64,000 bases of DNA, taken from NCBI GenBank assembly GCA_951406725.2, contig OX597834.1:21514001-21578000 (forward strand), written 5' to 3'. Shown piece after piece: positions 1 through 13,540 of this stretch (position 1 is the first letter of the stretch; every line of letters starts with the position of its first letter). Both the position numbers and the translations under genes were made by a program. Below the pieces are notes generated by a model. The model did not search any database. It had not been told where the DNA came from and saw nothing but the letters and a program-made list of their open reading frames with translations. Source of the stretch: Octopus vulgaris. Lineage: Eukaryota.

Positions 1-382
1 ACCCACAAAGGCACACACACACACACACACACACATGCACGCACACGTTCAAGTGTGAATTTATGCATACACACACTACATTGGTAGCATCATTATCACC
101 ATCACCATCATCAGCAGCACTGTCACCAGCAGCACTTAGTTTGGCTTCACTACCCCCACCCTGGGGCACCTCTACTCCACCTTGTCATCCACTCACCCCT
201 CACATCTAGCTACCTCTTAATGGTTTCCATATATACCCATCAACACTTTTATATATAAATACTTCACACGCATACACACACACACACACATAGATATAGA
301 TAGATATATATACACATAGGTATACATACATACATATATCTTTCCAGATATCATCTCTGCTTTAGCATTTTGGCCAAAGGGA

Positions 383-414
<32 letters not shown>

Positions 415-540
415 ACACAAGCATGTACCTGTACACACACATACATTGTACATACAGGTACAGCCATGGCTGGGTGGTTAGAAAGTTTGCTTCCTTATCA
501 TGTGATCTGGAGTTCAGTCCCACTGCATGGCACCTTGGGC

Positions 541-1262
541 AAGAAGTAAGGAGGCATCACATGTCCTTCATTGCTGATGACCCCTAAAACCATGACAGTT
601 GCAGGAAATTTTGTATGCATAACACTTGGAACTTCAGAAGGGTCTGCACATAACCATCTGTCATTTCTTCTGTTAACTTTTTGATCTTGGTTGGAATTTT
701 TTCTCATTTGAGAAAAACCAAATCAAATCTTCTTCTACTGGATTTGTTTAAGAGCCTTTTAGATCTGATGTAGTGATTTTCTTTTGCTTTTTCTGACAAA
801 TTGACCTTTCCTCATCACATAAGACTCATATCTGATGTCTTAGTGGGCAACATTTCTGATGGTTCCTTCTGACACATGGAGACCTTTTACAGTTGACCTC
901 AGGGACTTTCTGGGATTGTAATCAATGGTCTGTTGAACTTGCTGCATAAATTCAAGTGTTCTGATGATTCCAGACTATTTAGAATACTTTTTACGCCTTG
1001 ATACTGGTGATACATTTCCATCTTCAGTCTCTAGCTCCTTACAAACTTTGTAGACGAAAAGATCTGACAACTTTTAAAAATCGAGATATTTCTAAATCGT
1101 TATGCTCAGCCTTTATAACCACAATAGCATCATGCCTCTTCATTTCTTGAGTAAGCTGAAGGTGTGCCATTAATATTTTCTGAAACAAAAATTATACAGA
1201 GTTAGCAGAAAATGCAACAATGACCCAAAATATGTATGTCCTCAAATACCTTATGCACCCCT
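541..1262 (-). mobile_element. Decayed Tc1/mariner (maT/DD37D-like) transposon, 5' part with transposase pseudogene (ATG at 1170)
   Basis: Minus strand reads MAHLQLTQEMKRH...EISRFLKV (HTH-like), then WFFSNEKK/NQDQKVNRRNDRWLCADPSEVPSVMHTKFPATVMVLGVISNEGHVMPPYF, which matches the SDEK..VMVWG..MPP region of maT transposases. It has stops and frameshifts and is truncated at a SINE head (~460-543). Confidence 0.8.
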
Positions 1263-1367
1263 TTATATTTATATATATACCTATATATGTATATATATAT
1301 AGTCACACACATCCACACACACACATCCACACACACACACACATATATATATATACACACTCATGTT

Positions 1368-1410
<43 letters not shown>

Positions 1411-1504
1411 ATGTGTATGTGTATACTGTATAAAGTTCTGAAAGGAACCTCTTTTGGCTGCTGTTTAAAAGAGTGAAAACTACAAGGCCAAAATTTGGTT
1501 GGCA

Positions 1505-1647
1505 TTCATCGTTACCATCACCACTATCCCCATCGCTACCACCACCATCGTCAATACCATCATCATCATCATCATCATCATCACGACCATCATCATCATC
1601 ATCATCATCACGACCAACATCATCATCATCATCATCATCATCACGAC

Positions 1648-1697
<50 letters not shown>

Positions 1698-1730
1698 CCA
1701 CCACCACCATCATTATCATCATCATCATCT
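1505..1730. repeat. (CAT/CAC)n trinucleotide microsatellite
   Basis: Directly visible; explains the poly-H/S/I/M ORFs. Confidence 0.95.
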
Positions 1731-1879
1731 GATTCACCACTGATAACAGCACCATACCCATCGCCACCATCACCTTCCTCACTGCCTCCATCTTTCTTTT
1801 ACCAAATAAAAATTACTTTCTGTTGCTCTTTTCCATTTTGGTACCCTCGTTGTTCCTTCACCACCACTACCACCACCAG

Positions 1880-1930
<51 letters not shown>

Positions 1931-2327
1931 CTTTCCTTTTTTGTACCCATCCACCCATTCATCACCTCCACCATGAAAAAGTCTCCCATTTTCTCCACAC
2001 ACCCCCACACTACCCTACTCCAGTACCACACCCTTCCTACATCTCTCTCTGTCTGTTGAATGGAAATTCCAATAGAGAGAGACAGCTGAGAGAAAGAAAA
2101 AAAAAGAAAGAAGGGAAGAACAGTAAAGAAACACACATAGAGAAAGAATATAGTACATCAATTAAGATATAGAGGAGAACAGAAGAGTAAGACTTGCTTG
2201 TGATGGTGGTGGTGGCGGGGGCGGCGATGGCGGTAGTGGTGGTGGTAGCTTCTTCATTAAATATCTCTTTAAAATTATTTTGTTTCCCTTGTTTTTGTTG
2301 TTTTCTTTTCTGTTTTTCTGTTTTCTG

Positions 2328-2350
2328 TTATATATATATATATACGTATT

Positions 2351-2418
<68 letters not shown>

Positions 2419-2485
2419 CATATATATATATACATATACATATATATATATATATGTATGAAGGTATATATATTCATATATATAC

Positions 2486-2543
<58 letters not shown>

Positions 2544-2567
2544 ATGTATATATATATATATATATAT
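2328..2567. repeat. (TA)n microsatellite, representative of dozens in the window
   Basis: Directly visible. Confidence 0.95.
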
Positions 2568-2889
2568 TTGGTCCTTTTACTCAATTTGATTGACACAAAC
2601 CCCCACTGACAGTCCTTCCACCCTCCATCTTTCGATTTGAGACCTCATTCGAAACAATGAACGAATGCAGAGAAGTATATAAAATAAACAGATAACAATA
2701 ATAATGACGATGTCAATAACGATAAAGAGAATAATGATAGTAATAGCAATAATGATGATGATGATGATGATGACAATGATAATTGAGGTGATCTACATAT
2801 ACACTTACACATAGCTACACTTATACACATCGCGGAAAACGAACTTTAAATGATGATGATGGTGATGATGATGATCTATATATATATAT

Positions 2890-2945
<56 letters not shown>

Positions 2946-3547
2946 CGTATGTATATATATGTGTGCAAACGTATATATATACATACACATACGTTTGCAC
3001 ATATATATATACACATATATATATACACACATATATATATGTGTGAGTGTGAGTGTGCATATGCATACATATATATATATATACGCACACGCATACTATT
3101 CATATAAGTTTCTTTATACCACAAGCACAAACTGTCATAACAGTTTCCGTAACCACATACACACACAAATATATGTGTTTATGTATGCGTATATATGGTT
3201 GATGACACACACACACACATACATACATACATACATACATACATACCTACATACATATAGATATGTATATACACACACATATAAAATATATGTTTGTATG
3301 TGTGAATATATTGTTGAAGAGACAGACAGCCAAATTGAATTATTTGTTTGGAATGGTTTTAGCAGATGGCTCCGATAGCCTCTAGATAGACCAAAACAAT
3401 ATAGAGACATTTAAATCTCCATCAGTGTACAGTTGTCTCTTTGGTGCTAATTACTTTTCAGCCAAAAACTTCCCCTTCCTCTGCTAAACTTTGGCAGAAC
3501 TTTAGATCATTACTTTGTTATTGCTTTGTTTTATGCAAGCAGCGCCA

Positions 3548-4110
3548 AGTCTCACCCAGAGACCTCAAGTAACATCAAGTTGGATGTTTTTCTATGGGTA
3601 TTATTTAGAATTAGCAATGATACATTACAAGGAAATGGTACCAAAATCTGAAAACTGACATTGTTAGATTTGTAATCTTTAAATTTTGAAAAAGTTCTAA
3701 GAGAATCAGGTATTTTCAAGTTGACAGCAGTAACCATGAAACCAATTCTTTTGTAGTTTTGATACTTTGGAATTTCCTAGTATCTGGAAATAGTGTTTGA
3801 GACCATCATTTGGTATGATCCTCTAAGCTTCAATGATCACAGATAGAGATGTTGTTCTTAAAAGCAACATATTTTTAAGACCATTATTTCAAGATCCTTA
3901 TATTTTCTTAACTCTGCAAATGTTTTTTACAGATGTGCTGGAGTTGACATATCCATGAGCAGACGTGTTTTGTCAACACGGTCTTTTTACCACAATGTCT
4001 GGTCTATTGTTCTGAACAACTTGACTGGTTTGAAAACTCAAGTCTCAAAGAACACTGGTACCTTTACTCACTAGCTCTCTGACAGGCTTATTTCCCCACT
4101 AATTCTTCTC
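3548..4110 (-). mobile_element. Decayed 3' end of an R4/Dong-type (RLE) non-LTR retrotransposon
   Basis: Minus strand, across frameshifts, gives NRPDIVVK.DRVDKTRLLMDMSTP...KYKDLEI...VIIEA...LQ.IGFMVTAVNLK. This resembles the RPD...D..P...KY.DL...PVIIGALG...LQK..LLGTA restriction-like endonuclease C-terminus. Confidence 0.7.
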
Positions 4111-4195
4111 ATATGGGAGTTCAAACTTACAGCATATGATTCAATGCAAATACTGGCCAAGTCTATCTTGGCAACTAATATATTCATTTGTGTAA

Positions 4196-4397
4196 GGTGA
4201 CGAGCTGGCAGAATTGTTAGCATGCTGGGCAAAATGCTTAGCAGTATTTTGTCCATCTTTACATTCTGAGTTCAAATTCCCCCATTGTCTTTGCCTTTCA
4301 TTCTATCAGGGTCAATAAATTTAGTACAACTGGGGGGTCAATGTAATCGACTATCCACCTCCCCTGAAATTGCTGGCCTTGTGCCAAAATTTGAGTG

Positions 4398-4398
<1 letters not shown>
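4196..4398 (+). mobile_element. SINE family B (tRNA-like head plus central domain resembling MetaSINE)
   Basis: ggtgacgagctggcagaa...ttctgagttcaaattcc...tttgcctttcat...gtcaataaa, followed by a (TTA)n tail; more than 15 related copies in the window. Confidence 0.75.
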
Positions 4399-4433
<35 letters not shown>

Positions 4434-4958
4434 CATCATTTATTATTATTTATGGGTTTTTCTTTCAAATTTGCTTCCATTTCTTGCCGAGTGTCTTCCC
4501 GACTCCTAGGGCAAAGAAACTCATAGTATACATTGGTAGGCCATTAAACTAAACTCACTAGTTCGTTATTATCATTATTATTATTATTTTTATTATTATT
4601 ATTATTACAACTACAACTACTACTACTAAACCAAACATCTCTGAAGAAAATTTTGGTTCAAAGATGTTCTAGCTATCACCATCTTGTTTCTCTTTTTCAT
4701 TTTTTTCCCCTCCTTCAAACATGATGTGTTGAAAACCAAATCATTCTCAAATGAGTGCTTCCTCTAGTTTTTGTTATTCTTAAGAAACTAGATTTCAGGG
4801 GAAATTTAGCTGCTATTTCTGTCAGATTACACGCCAACATAGTGACTTCTTTTCTCAGCTGAATGGGATCCTTTATTGTGTTGATTCTAGTGGCTGGTGT
4901 CTGTTTTCTTGGCCATTTCTTGATATATTAACTTCACTCTGCATATGAACACACACAT

Positions 4959-5073
<115 letters not shown>

Positions 5074-5103
5074 GACAGTATGAAAGATGGACATTAAAAG
5101 ATG

Positions 5104-5156
<53 letters not shown>

Positions 5157-5720
5157 TATGTGCATATACTATCATCACACACACATGCACACACATTCAT
5201 ACATTCACATACACACATACACAAGCTTATATATATATATATATATACATAATGTAATAATAGCCCGGGAAGGCTTCTCATGTATTTATAGATCTCTTTT
5301 CTTCAGATTAAGGAACTAATAAAATTGCCAAACTGGTCAGCATAAGAAATAAAGAAGAAGAAAAAAACACACAAACAAACACCTATAATAAACTCCAGCC
5401 TCATTCTTGCCCTTGTCTATTTTCATTCTGTAGACAATTTCATTCTGAGTATCTTCTTCTCCAGCAGTTATTTTGTGTCGATAAATGACCAAGGATGTTT
5501 TTTTTTATTTTTATTGAGGTTAGAATTTACCATTAAAAGAGGTGCCATTGCTTGCTTTCTTCCTTTCTTTTCATTCTCTCTCTCTCTCTCTCTCCTTCCC
5601 CCCTCTCTCTCTCTCTCACTGTTCCTTTTGTTCAGTCTTTTCTTTCTGTTTTCCATCTCTGTTTCTTTCATTCATTCATTCATTCTTACTTCACTGTCTC
5701 TATTTTCTTCCTTTCATTAT

Positions 5721-5753
<33 letters not shown>

Positions 5754-5819
5754 GAGAGAGAGAGTCACATACACACACACAATCAAGTATATCTTTACAT
5801 ATATATATATGTGTGTATG

Positions 5820-5860
<41 letters not shown>

Positions 5861-5894
5861 CTATGTATATATACATATATGTATGTATGTGTAT

Positions 5895-5949
<55 letters not shown>

Positions 5950-6458
5950 TGTATATAATTATATATATACACACACTCACACACACACACACACACATAA
6001 ACGCGTGCATGTGTATGTGTCTGTGTCTATATTTGCCATTGGTAAGAAACATAACCTATTCAAGGACGCATGATTCGTTCTCAGACATTTCAAAGCCCTT
6101 GTTGTTGTTGTAGTTGTTGTTGTTGCTGCTAAGAAAAGACACTTTCAGAATTAATCTGCGATTCTGCTTTAGCTGGTAGATCACAAGAAAAACGGTGCAA
6201 CTTCCCAATGCTCTGAGGCACCAAAAGAGCGTCAGATTCGGAAATGGAATTAAAATCTGTTTGCCATCGATATGTAGACTGTGTTGTGAATGTAAACGAA
6301 AGTGGCTGTGTGGTTAAGGTATCCGACTACTGACCACAGTGTCCCAGGCTCAAATCTAACTGCTGCAACTATTCTGTTAAACATAGTGTCTGACTTTGAA
6401 TGTTCTCCATATAATTACCAGAAAAATAATGAGCTATGAAATTAGTAATTTGTCTATA

Positions 6459-6694
6459 CTCTCTTTTACTCTCTTTTACTTGTTTCAGTCATTTGACTGT
6501 GGCCATGCTGGAGCACCGCCTTTTTAGTCGAGAAAATCGACCCTAGGACTTATTCTTTGGAAGCCTAGTTCTTATTCAAAAGAGACTGATAGAATAAGTA
6601 CTAGGCTTCCAAAGAATAAGTCCTGGGGTCGATTTGCTCGACTAAAGGTGGTGCTCCAGCATGGCCACAGTTAAATGACTGAAACAAGTAAAAG
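6459..6694. repeat. Fold-back inverted repeat made of two SINE-A 3' ends
   Basis: Arms 6473-6577 and 6592-6694 are reverse complements, separated by a 14-nt spacer. Confidence 0.9.
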
Positions 6695-6784
6695 GAAAAA
6701 AAAGAGAAATAAAAGAGAGCACCACCTTTATTCTGTGATTAATAGTAATAATGCTTTCTACAAGAACCACAGGCCTGAAATTTC

Positions 6785-6955
6785 GGACCTATTCAATTAC
6801 ATGAACCTCAGTACTTGACCAGAACTTATTTTATTGACCCCAACAGAATGAAAGGCAAAGTGGACCTCGGCAGAATTTGAACTCAGAGCATAAAGACGGA
6901 CAAAATATCACTGAGCACTTTGTCCAGCATGATAATGATTCTGCCTGCTCACTGC
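6785..6955 (-). mobile_element. SINE family B copy
   Basis: Reverse complement of the family B body (gaatgaaaggcaaagtggacctcggcagaatttgaactcag). Confidence 0.75.
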
Positions 6956-6976
6956 TTTGAGTTCTGCCATTGAGGA

Positions 6977-7398
6977 GGCGCTGGAGTGGCTGTGTGGTAA
7001 GTAGCTTGTCTACCAACCACATGCTTCCGGGTTCAGTCCCACTGCGTGGCACCTTGGGCAAGTGTCTTCTACTATAGCCTTGGGCCGACCAAAGCCTTGT
7101 GAGTGGATTTGGGAGATGGAAACTGAAAGAATCCCGTCGTATATATGTACATATATTTATATATATATGCGTGTGTGTGTTTGTGTGTCTGTGTTTGTCC
7201 CCTAGCATTGCTTGACAACCGATGCTGGTGTGTTTATGTCCCCGTTACTTAGCGTTTCGGCAAGAGAGACCGATAGAATAAGTACTGGTCTTATCAAAGA
7301 ATAAGTTCCAGGGTCAAGTTGCTCGACTAAAAGGCGGTGCTCCAGCATGGCCGCAGTCAAATGACTGAAACAAGTAAAAGAGTAAAAGAGCAAAGAGA
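6977..7398 (+). mobile_element. SINE family A, full length (~420 bp, tRNA-derived head, CORE-like segment, internal TA/TG repeat, (GAGTAAAA)n tail)
   Basis: Box A TGGCTGTGTGG, box B GGTTCAGTCCC, ccttgggcaagtgtctt, and tail gactgaaacaagtaaaagagtaaaagag; near-identical copies elsewhere in the window. Confidence 0.9.
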
Positions 7399-8223
7399 GT
7401 AAATCAATTAAATTAGCCCCAGGGCTCAACCAGATCTTATTTTATTAACCCCCAAAAGAAATAACTGGCAAAAGCCAACCGTGGCAGAATTTGAACTCAG
7501 AATGTAAAACTAGGAAAAACGCCAGTAAGCATTTTGTCTGGTTTGCTAACAATTCTGCCAACTCAAAACCAATTCTCTGCGATACACATAAACACTCCAT
7601 GGCGATCGACAACTTATTCCTGGTTTTAGTACTAAGATTGATTGCATTAAAGAGAAGAATTTTAACCGCTACCTAAGTAAGAATTTAATTTCGTCTACAA
7701 CTGCTGATTGGTGAGTGTCTATGGGTGGGGGGTGTGGGGGTTGATGGCATCTCTATAGAATTCTCAATCAAGAGAATACATAAGACCAAACCTCGTTTAA
7801 TTAAAATACAAATGTTCTCTGACAAGCATGTCGTGGAACTGAGAAAATATAAAACGCCTTTTGATCTTGGAAAGTGAAGAAGGAAATTCTATAAAAGAGA
7901 CTTTTTGTTGTTGTTGTTGTTGTTGTTTCTTTTTGTGTTTTTTTTATTTCTCTCTCTCTCTTCCCCCCTCTCTTTCTCTCTCACTTTCCAAACGCACAGG
8001 CTAGAATTGTTCCAGAATTTGTTTATAGAATATGGATCTCGACTGCGTTGACAATAAAAGTTATTCTTGGCAAGATCCGGAATCATGCTGCTGATTCTCC
8101 GAAGATATTTCACAGGAAGAATATAAATAAATTAAGGAATAAGACAAGCTTCCAAATTTATTGAAATGAAATCCATGTTTCCTGGTGGTGATGGTGTCAA
8201 TGTTGAGAGCACTAGTGGTTTAC

Positions 8224-8255
8224 GATGATGATGACGATGACGATGATGATGACAT

Positions 8256-8296
<41 letters not shown>

Positions 8297-8510
8297 GTGA
8301 TGATGATGATGACGATGATGATGATGATGACATTGATGATGATGATGACAGTGATGATGATGATGATGATGATGATAATGATGATGATGACGATGATGAT
8401 GCCAATGATAATGATGATGACGATGATGATGATGATGATGCCGATGATGATGATGATGACGTTGATGATGATGATTGTGATGGTGTTGGTGGTGGTGATG
8501 ATGATAATGT
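8224..8510. repeat. (GAT)n microsatellite
   Basis: Directly visible. Confidence 0.95.
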
Positions 8511-8644
8511 CGACACAGATAAAGAGAATAAAGAAATATAAAACCTGAATATGAACCTACAAAGGATCCACTAGAAATAGCTGCTAAATTTCCTTCAGAT
8601 ACAGATTGAAAACATTCATACAAACACAGTGTAGTCGATAGCAG

Positions 8645-8855
8645 TGCCACCTGAGTGGCTAACATGCTGGTGGCACATAAAAAGCACCCACTACAGTCTC
8701 GGAGTGGTTGGCATTAGGAAGTTGCATCCAGCTGTAGAAACCTTGTCAGATCAGATTGGAGCCTGGTGCAGCCTCCTGGCTTGCCAGTCCCCAGTCAAAC
8801 CGTCCAACCCATGCCAGCATGGAAAATGGACATTAAACGTGATGATGATGATGAT
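8645..8855 (+). mobile_element. SINE-like family C, 3' part with (GAT)n tail
   Basis: gtggttggcattaggaag..catccagctgtagaaacc...gtcaaaccgtccaacccatgccagcatggaaaatggacattaaacg(gat)n; relatives at ~13715-13970(-), 17610-17865(+), 37205-37690(-), 49062-49205(+), 55650-55868(+). Confidence 0.75.
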
Positions 8856-9238
8856 ATATAATATATATATATATATATTGTTATGTTAGGATGCGGCCGT
8901 GCGGCGTACAAGAGGAGAAATATGTCACCAAACTCCTTACGTACGGTCATATTCCAACAGTATATAAATATAATATATATATATATATAATATATATATA
9001 TAAAGGGAAGAAGGAGGTATGACGTTTCGAGCGGATCTTCGGGAAACATAGGAGAAAGAAAGATCCCGAGGTGGGAGGACAGAAGGAAAAAAATCAAGTC
9101 ATATATATATATATACTTGCATATATACATTGATGTGTAGGCTATAGTAGAAGACACTTGCCCAAGGTGCCATGCAGTGGTACTGAACCAGGCACCATGT
9201 GGTTGGGAAGCAAGCTTCTTACCATGCAGCCATGGATG

Positions 9239-9295
<57 letters not shown>

Positions 9296-9579
9296 GTGTG
9301 TGTGTATAAAAGCAAAAAAGACAAGCAATCAATAGCAAATGTGAAAAATATAATTCACATGGGAAGATGCATATATGATAACATGATGTAATAAGGTTTT
9401 ATCTTTACAGCTGTTTTGAATAATTGATGATTGGTGCTGTTACCATGTATATTATGTAATGAGGTTGAATAATATAATGAGTGTATGGACTTGTACGAAT
9501 TTTGAGAGATCTATTGGACAAAATCATGATATCCTTATTGGAAGACGTTGACAAATAGCTTAGTAGAGAATGGTGTTAA

Positions 9580-9836
9580 CCCTTTAGCGTTTAAACCGGC
9601 CATATCCGGCCAAAAGTATTTTGCTTGTTTTATGTTCAAACTGGTCTCTCACTGGTCTCTCACACCAACTGGTCTCTCACTGGTCTCTGGTCTCTCACAC
9701 CAACCCTACAATATCATCTTAAAAATTAACAGCTACCTCACCAAAATCTCATAGCTACAAGATAATGCATGATTAGTTCAAAACAACGTGAATAAAAAAG
9801 CATTAATTTTGGCAGAATAATGTGAACACTAAAGGG
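9580..9836. mobile_element. piggyBac-like MITE
   Basis: TTAA at 9576-9579 and 9837-9840; terminal inverted repeats CCCTTTAGCGTT / AACACTAAAGGG. Confidence 0.8.
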
Positions 9837-10075
9837 TTAATAAATATATGAAAGTTCTTTGCGTTCTGAGCTCAAATCCTAGTATGTGTGGTAGACTTAA
9901 TGTTTTGCTTGGTTTAGCATCACCATCTGACATCTTGAATATTTTTAACAGGATCCTTTCTGTTGCAAATATTCTGGAGAGGTCCCCGGTTTAAGGGCAC
10001 CCTCTCTCTTTCTCTATCTCTGCCATCAGTCTCGAAAGACTTCTAAAGTGTCATGAGCATTGCCAATTCTTCCAG

Positions 10076-10111
<36 letters not shown>

Positions 10112-10499
10112 TATCATTATCACCCTCATTTTGATACCCACTCTTCCATGCTGGCATCAGTTGGATGGAAATTTTGTTGAGGTGCATTTTCTATGACAAG
10201 ATGCCTTTCCTGTTACCAACCCTCACACCTATTTCCATAGAAGGTAATGTTTCCCCACGGCCAGACAGGGAAGACTGGAAATGGTGAACACAGCTTGTAT
10301 GACAATGACACTTGCTTACAACTATCACACCAAGCTGAGGCAAGGCACCACCAACACACACACGTACATTTCCCAGACTGTTTTCTTCTGAAGATGAGCC
10401 TTTCACCTGAAATATAAAGGTTTATAAAACTTTCCACGTTGTCAGGAGTTTTTCTAATTTCTCTCCTTTTTACCTTCTTCGGTATATGTGTGTGTGTGT

Positions 10500-10895
10500 G
10501 TATGATGCTAATAGTAATGGTGGTTTCGATGATGGTGATGGTGACGACGATTATGAGGATGATGATTCTAACACTGGTGATTACAATGATAGTAATAATG
10601 CTGCTGATGATGATGGGGATGAGACTGATAACGGTTGTGATGATGAAGATGATGATGACGATGCTGATGATAACCATGACAATAATGATGATGATGACAT
10701 TGTGGTGATGATGATGATGATGACGATTGTGAAGATGATGGTGATGATGAAGATGATGCTGATGATGATTATGATGATGACGATGATGATTAATGATGAC
10801 CGTGATGATGATAATAACAGTGGTGTTGGCAACATTAATAACAATTGTGATAATGATTATGATGATGATAATGATGATGATGATGATGGTGATGA
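10500..10895. repeat. Degenerate (GAT)n low-complexity tract
   Basis: Directly visible. Confidence 0.9.
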
Positions 10896-11269
10896 TATTT
10901 TGACGCATTTGCAAACACAGGAAAAGGGGGGAAAAAAAAAAACACAATCTAGCATTATGAAAGTTATCTTCGTTAATTAATTCCTCCCTAAAAAGAATAA
11001 CACAAACACACACACACAAAAAAAAAATGCTAACCTCCTCTTGATGACCACAGAAATCAATCAGTTAATCTAGCCATATTGATTATTGATTTCATTTGTT
11101 TCTTTGTTTCTTTTAGTCTTCTTTTATTCCTTGCATAATTTTGGTTTATTGAAGCTGTCTAAACTATGCAGGCCTCTCCTGCTTCAGTCATTATTTTCCT
11201 GCCATTAATGAACTCCTGCATATAAACATACATACAGACGCATGCCTACATATATGTATATATATACAC

Positions 11270-11347
<78 letters not shown>

Positions 11348-11742
11348 TTGTATACATATGTATATATATATATATACATTATATATATATACATATGTAT
11401 ATATATATATATATATATACACATATATACAAATATGATTATATATACTCACACACACACACACATATATATATATACATATATACATACGTACATATTC
11501 ATATACACACACATATAAACAACCCATTGCCCTAGACGTATAAAACACTACATTTCCATTTTCTGACAGCAATTATGCAAAGAGCCTATTTCACACGAAT
11601 TCTGTGAGTCGATTACCCAAGAAAAATGGAAAAAGGAAAAAAAAAAAAAAAAAACTGAAGCAAAAAAAACCTAAAAAATGAATGATGGAGAAACCGACTG
11701 CGAGAGTGACAAAGGGTACAAAGCGAGAGAGGGGGAGGGATG

Positions 11743-11777
<35 letters not shown>

Positions 11778-11849
11778 AATCTGCATGTGCATGCGTATAT
11801 ATATGCATATTTATATTTATATACGTATATGTGTATGTGTATGTGTGTT

Positions 11850-11887
<38 letters not shown>

Positions 11888-11947
11888 TCATCATCATCAT
11901 CATCAAAACGGACATTAAACGATGATGATGATGATATATATATATAT

Positions 11948-11978
<31 letters not shown>

Positions 11979-13239
11979 TATAAACAGATAGATAGATATG
12001 TATTTATATATATGTAAGTATGTATGTATGTATATACATATGTATATAAGATTCAGTCTTTTGTTGTGCATTTAATCAGTGAGGCTTGGCTGGTTTGTCC
12101 ATTGATAATACAGTCATGAATCTAACTCTCACTTCATCTATTGTGTTGTGTATCTAAACAAGATACATTGCTTGCCGCAGCAAGTTTAATTTCTTACTGT
12201 TTTTTCCTGACATAAATATCCACTCTAAATTCACTGTAGCAGTACGCCTAATCTGCTGTCTCACAGTTTAACGCCACCACCTGGAAATTCAATGTCATTC
12301 TGCAATGCCCAAAGTCTATTTTATTATGACTGTTTGAACCATGTTCTCATAACTCAATATCTTGTGGTACTGCTTCAGCTGTAGAAGCCTCTGAGTTTTG
12401 TAGTTTCTGCTTTCAAAAGCTACAGGCTCCCTTATGTGCTTGTTTATGCCTAATGACTGTAAATTAGCAGAATTGGTAGAGAATTGCACAAAATGCTTTG
12501 CAGTATTGTTACCGATCTGGACATTTTAAGTTCAATTCTTGCAAAAGTCAACTTTACCTTCCAATTTTTCAGGGTCAATGTTATATCATCAGTTACGATA
12601 TATGATGTGTGTGTGTGTGTGTGTGTGCATGTAATGATATATCGCAGTACCAAATAGGGCCATATAACTATAAGCAATGAAACAAGAGTTGGTTATCTTT
12701 TTATAACCATTCACACGATAACAATCCAGTACTCCAATACAGAATCAATAACAAGACTAACACTCTCATTATTCGACCTCAACAGTCTACTGGTTCATCT
12801 ATTATAACACTGGTCCAGTCCACTGACAGTCACATGCAGGGGTGTCAGGTCATCCCACAACAGCCAATAAAATAAAGTACCAGAAACCCTTGAGTTTCAT
12901 AGTTTCTAGTTTCCATCCCACCACAACTCGCAAAATCCTTACAAAAGCCATGGACACCTTTACTCCTTTGAGTAGGCCTTATACCAAAATAAGGGTGTCA
13001 TCACTTTTAGTAAAGAGGATTGGCATTTGTGGTATTTGTTGCAGTTCTAAACAATATAAGTTCAAATCATACTGAAGTCATATTGCCTTTCACATAGCCA
13101 AGCTATTAGCCAAGAACTGGCATTAATTCCATACAATCACTGGTCTTGTGCCTCTAAATCAGAAATTACTAGTACAGCAGATTAGCAAATTCATCTTATC
13201 AGGATATTGAACTTTCTATTTATAAATATATTTATGGTG

Positions 13240-13540
13240 AAAGCACATACCTCAGTCTTGAGGTAGTGAGTTTGATTCCCAGACTGGGCTGTGTGTTGTG
13301 TTCTTGAGCAAGACACCTTATTTCACGTTACTCCAGTTAACTCAGGTATAGCAATGAGTTGCAACACCACTGGTGCCAAGCTGTATCGGCCCCTTTGCCA
13401 TTCCCTTGGATAACATTGGTGGCATAGAGAGGAAAGGCTGATCTTCCATAAACAACCTTGCCTGGATTTGTGTCTTGGAGGGGAGCATTCTGGGTGCAAT
13501 CCCATGGTGCTTCATGACTGAAGGGGTATTTACCCTTTTT
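13240..13540 (+). mobile_element. SINE family D copy (older, with deletion)
   Basis: gtgttcttgagcaagacac...gttgcaacaccactggtgccaagctgtatc...gtgcaatcccatggt, shared with 52199-52530. Confidence 0.75.

Noticed and set aside
6831-7208. Recurrent peptide [52 protein letters not shown] seen in many ORFs
   Set aside because: It is the antisense translation of the SINE-A head, not a gene family.
12700-13003. Complex ~300-bp segment resembling a solo LTR
   Set aside because: No clear TG...CA ends, TSD or second copy in the window.
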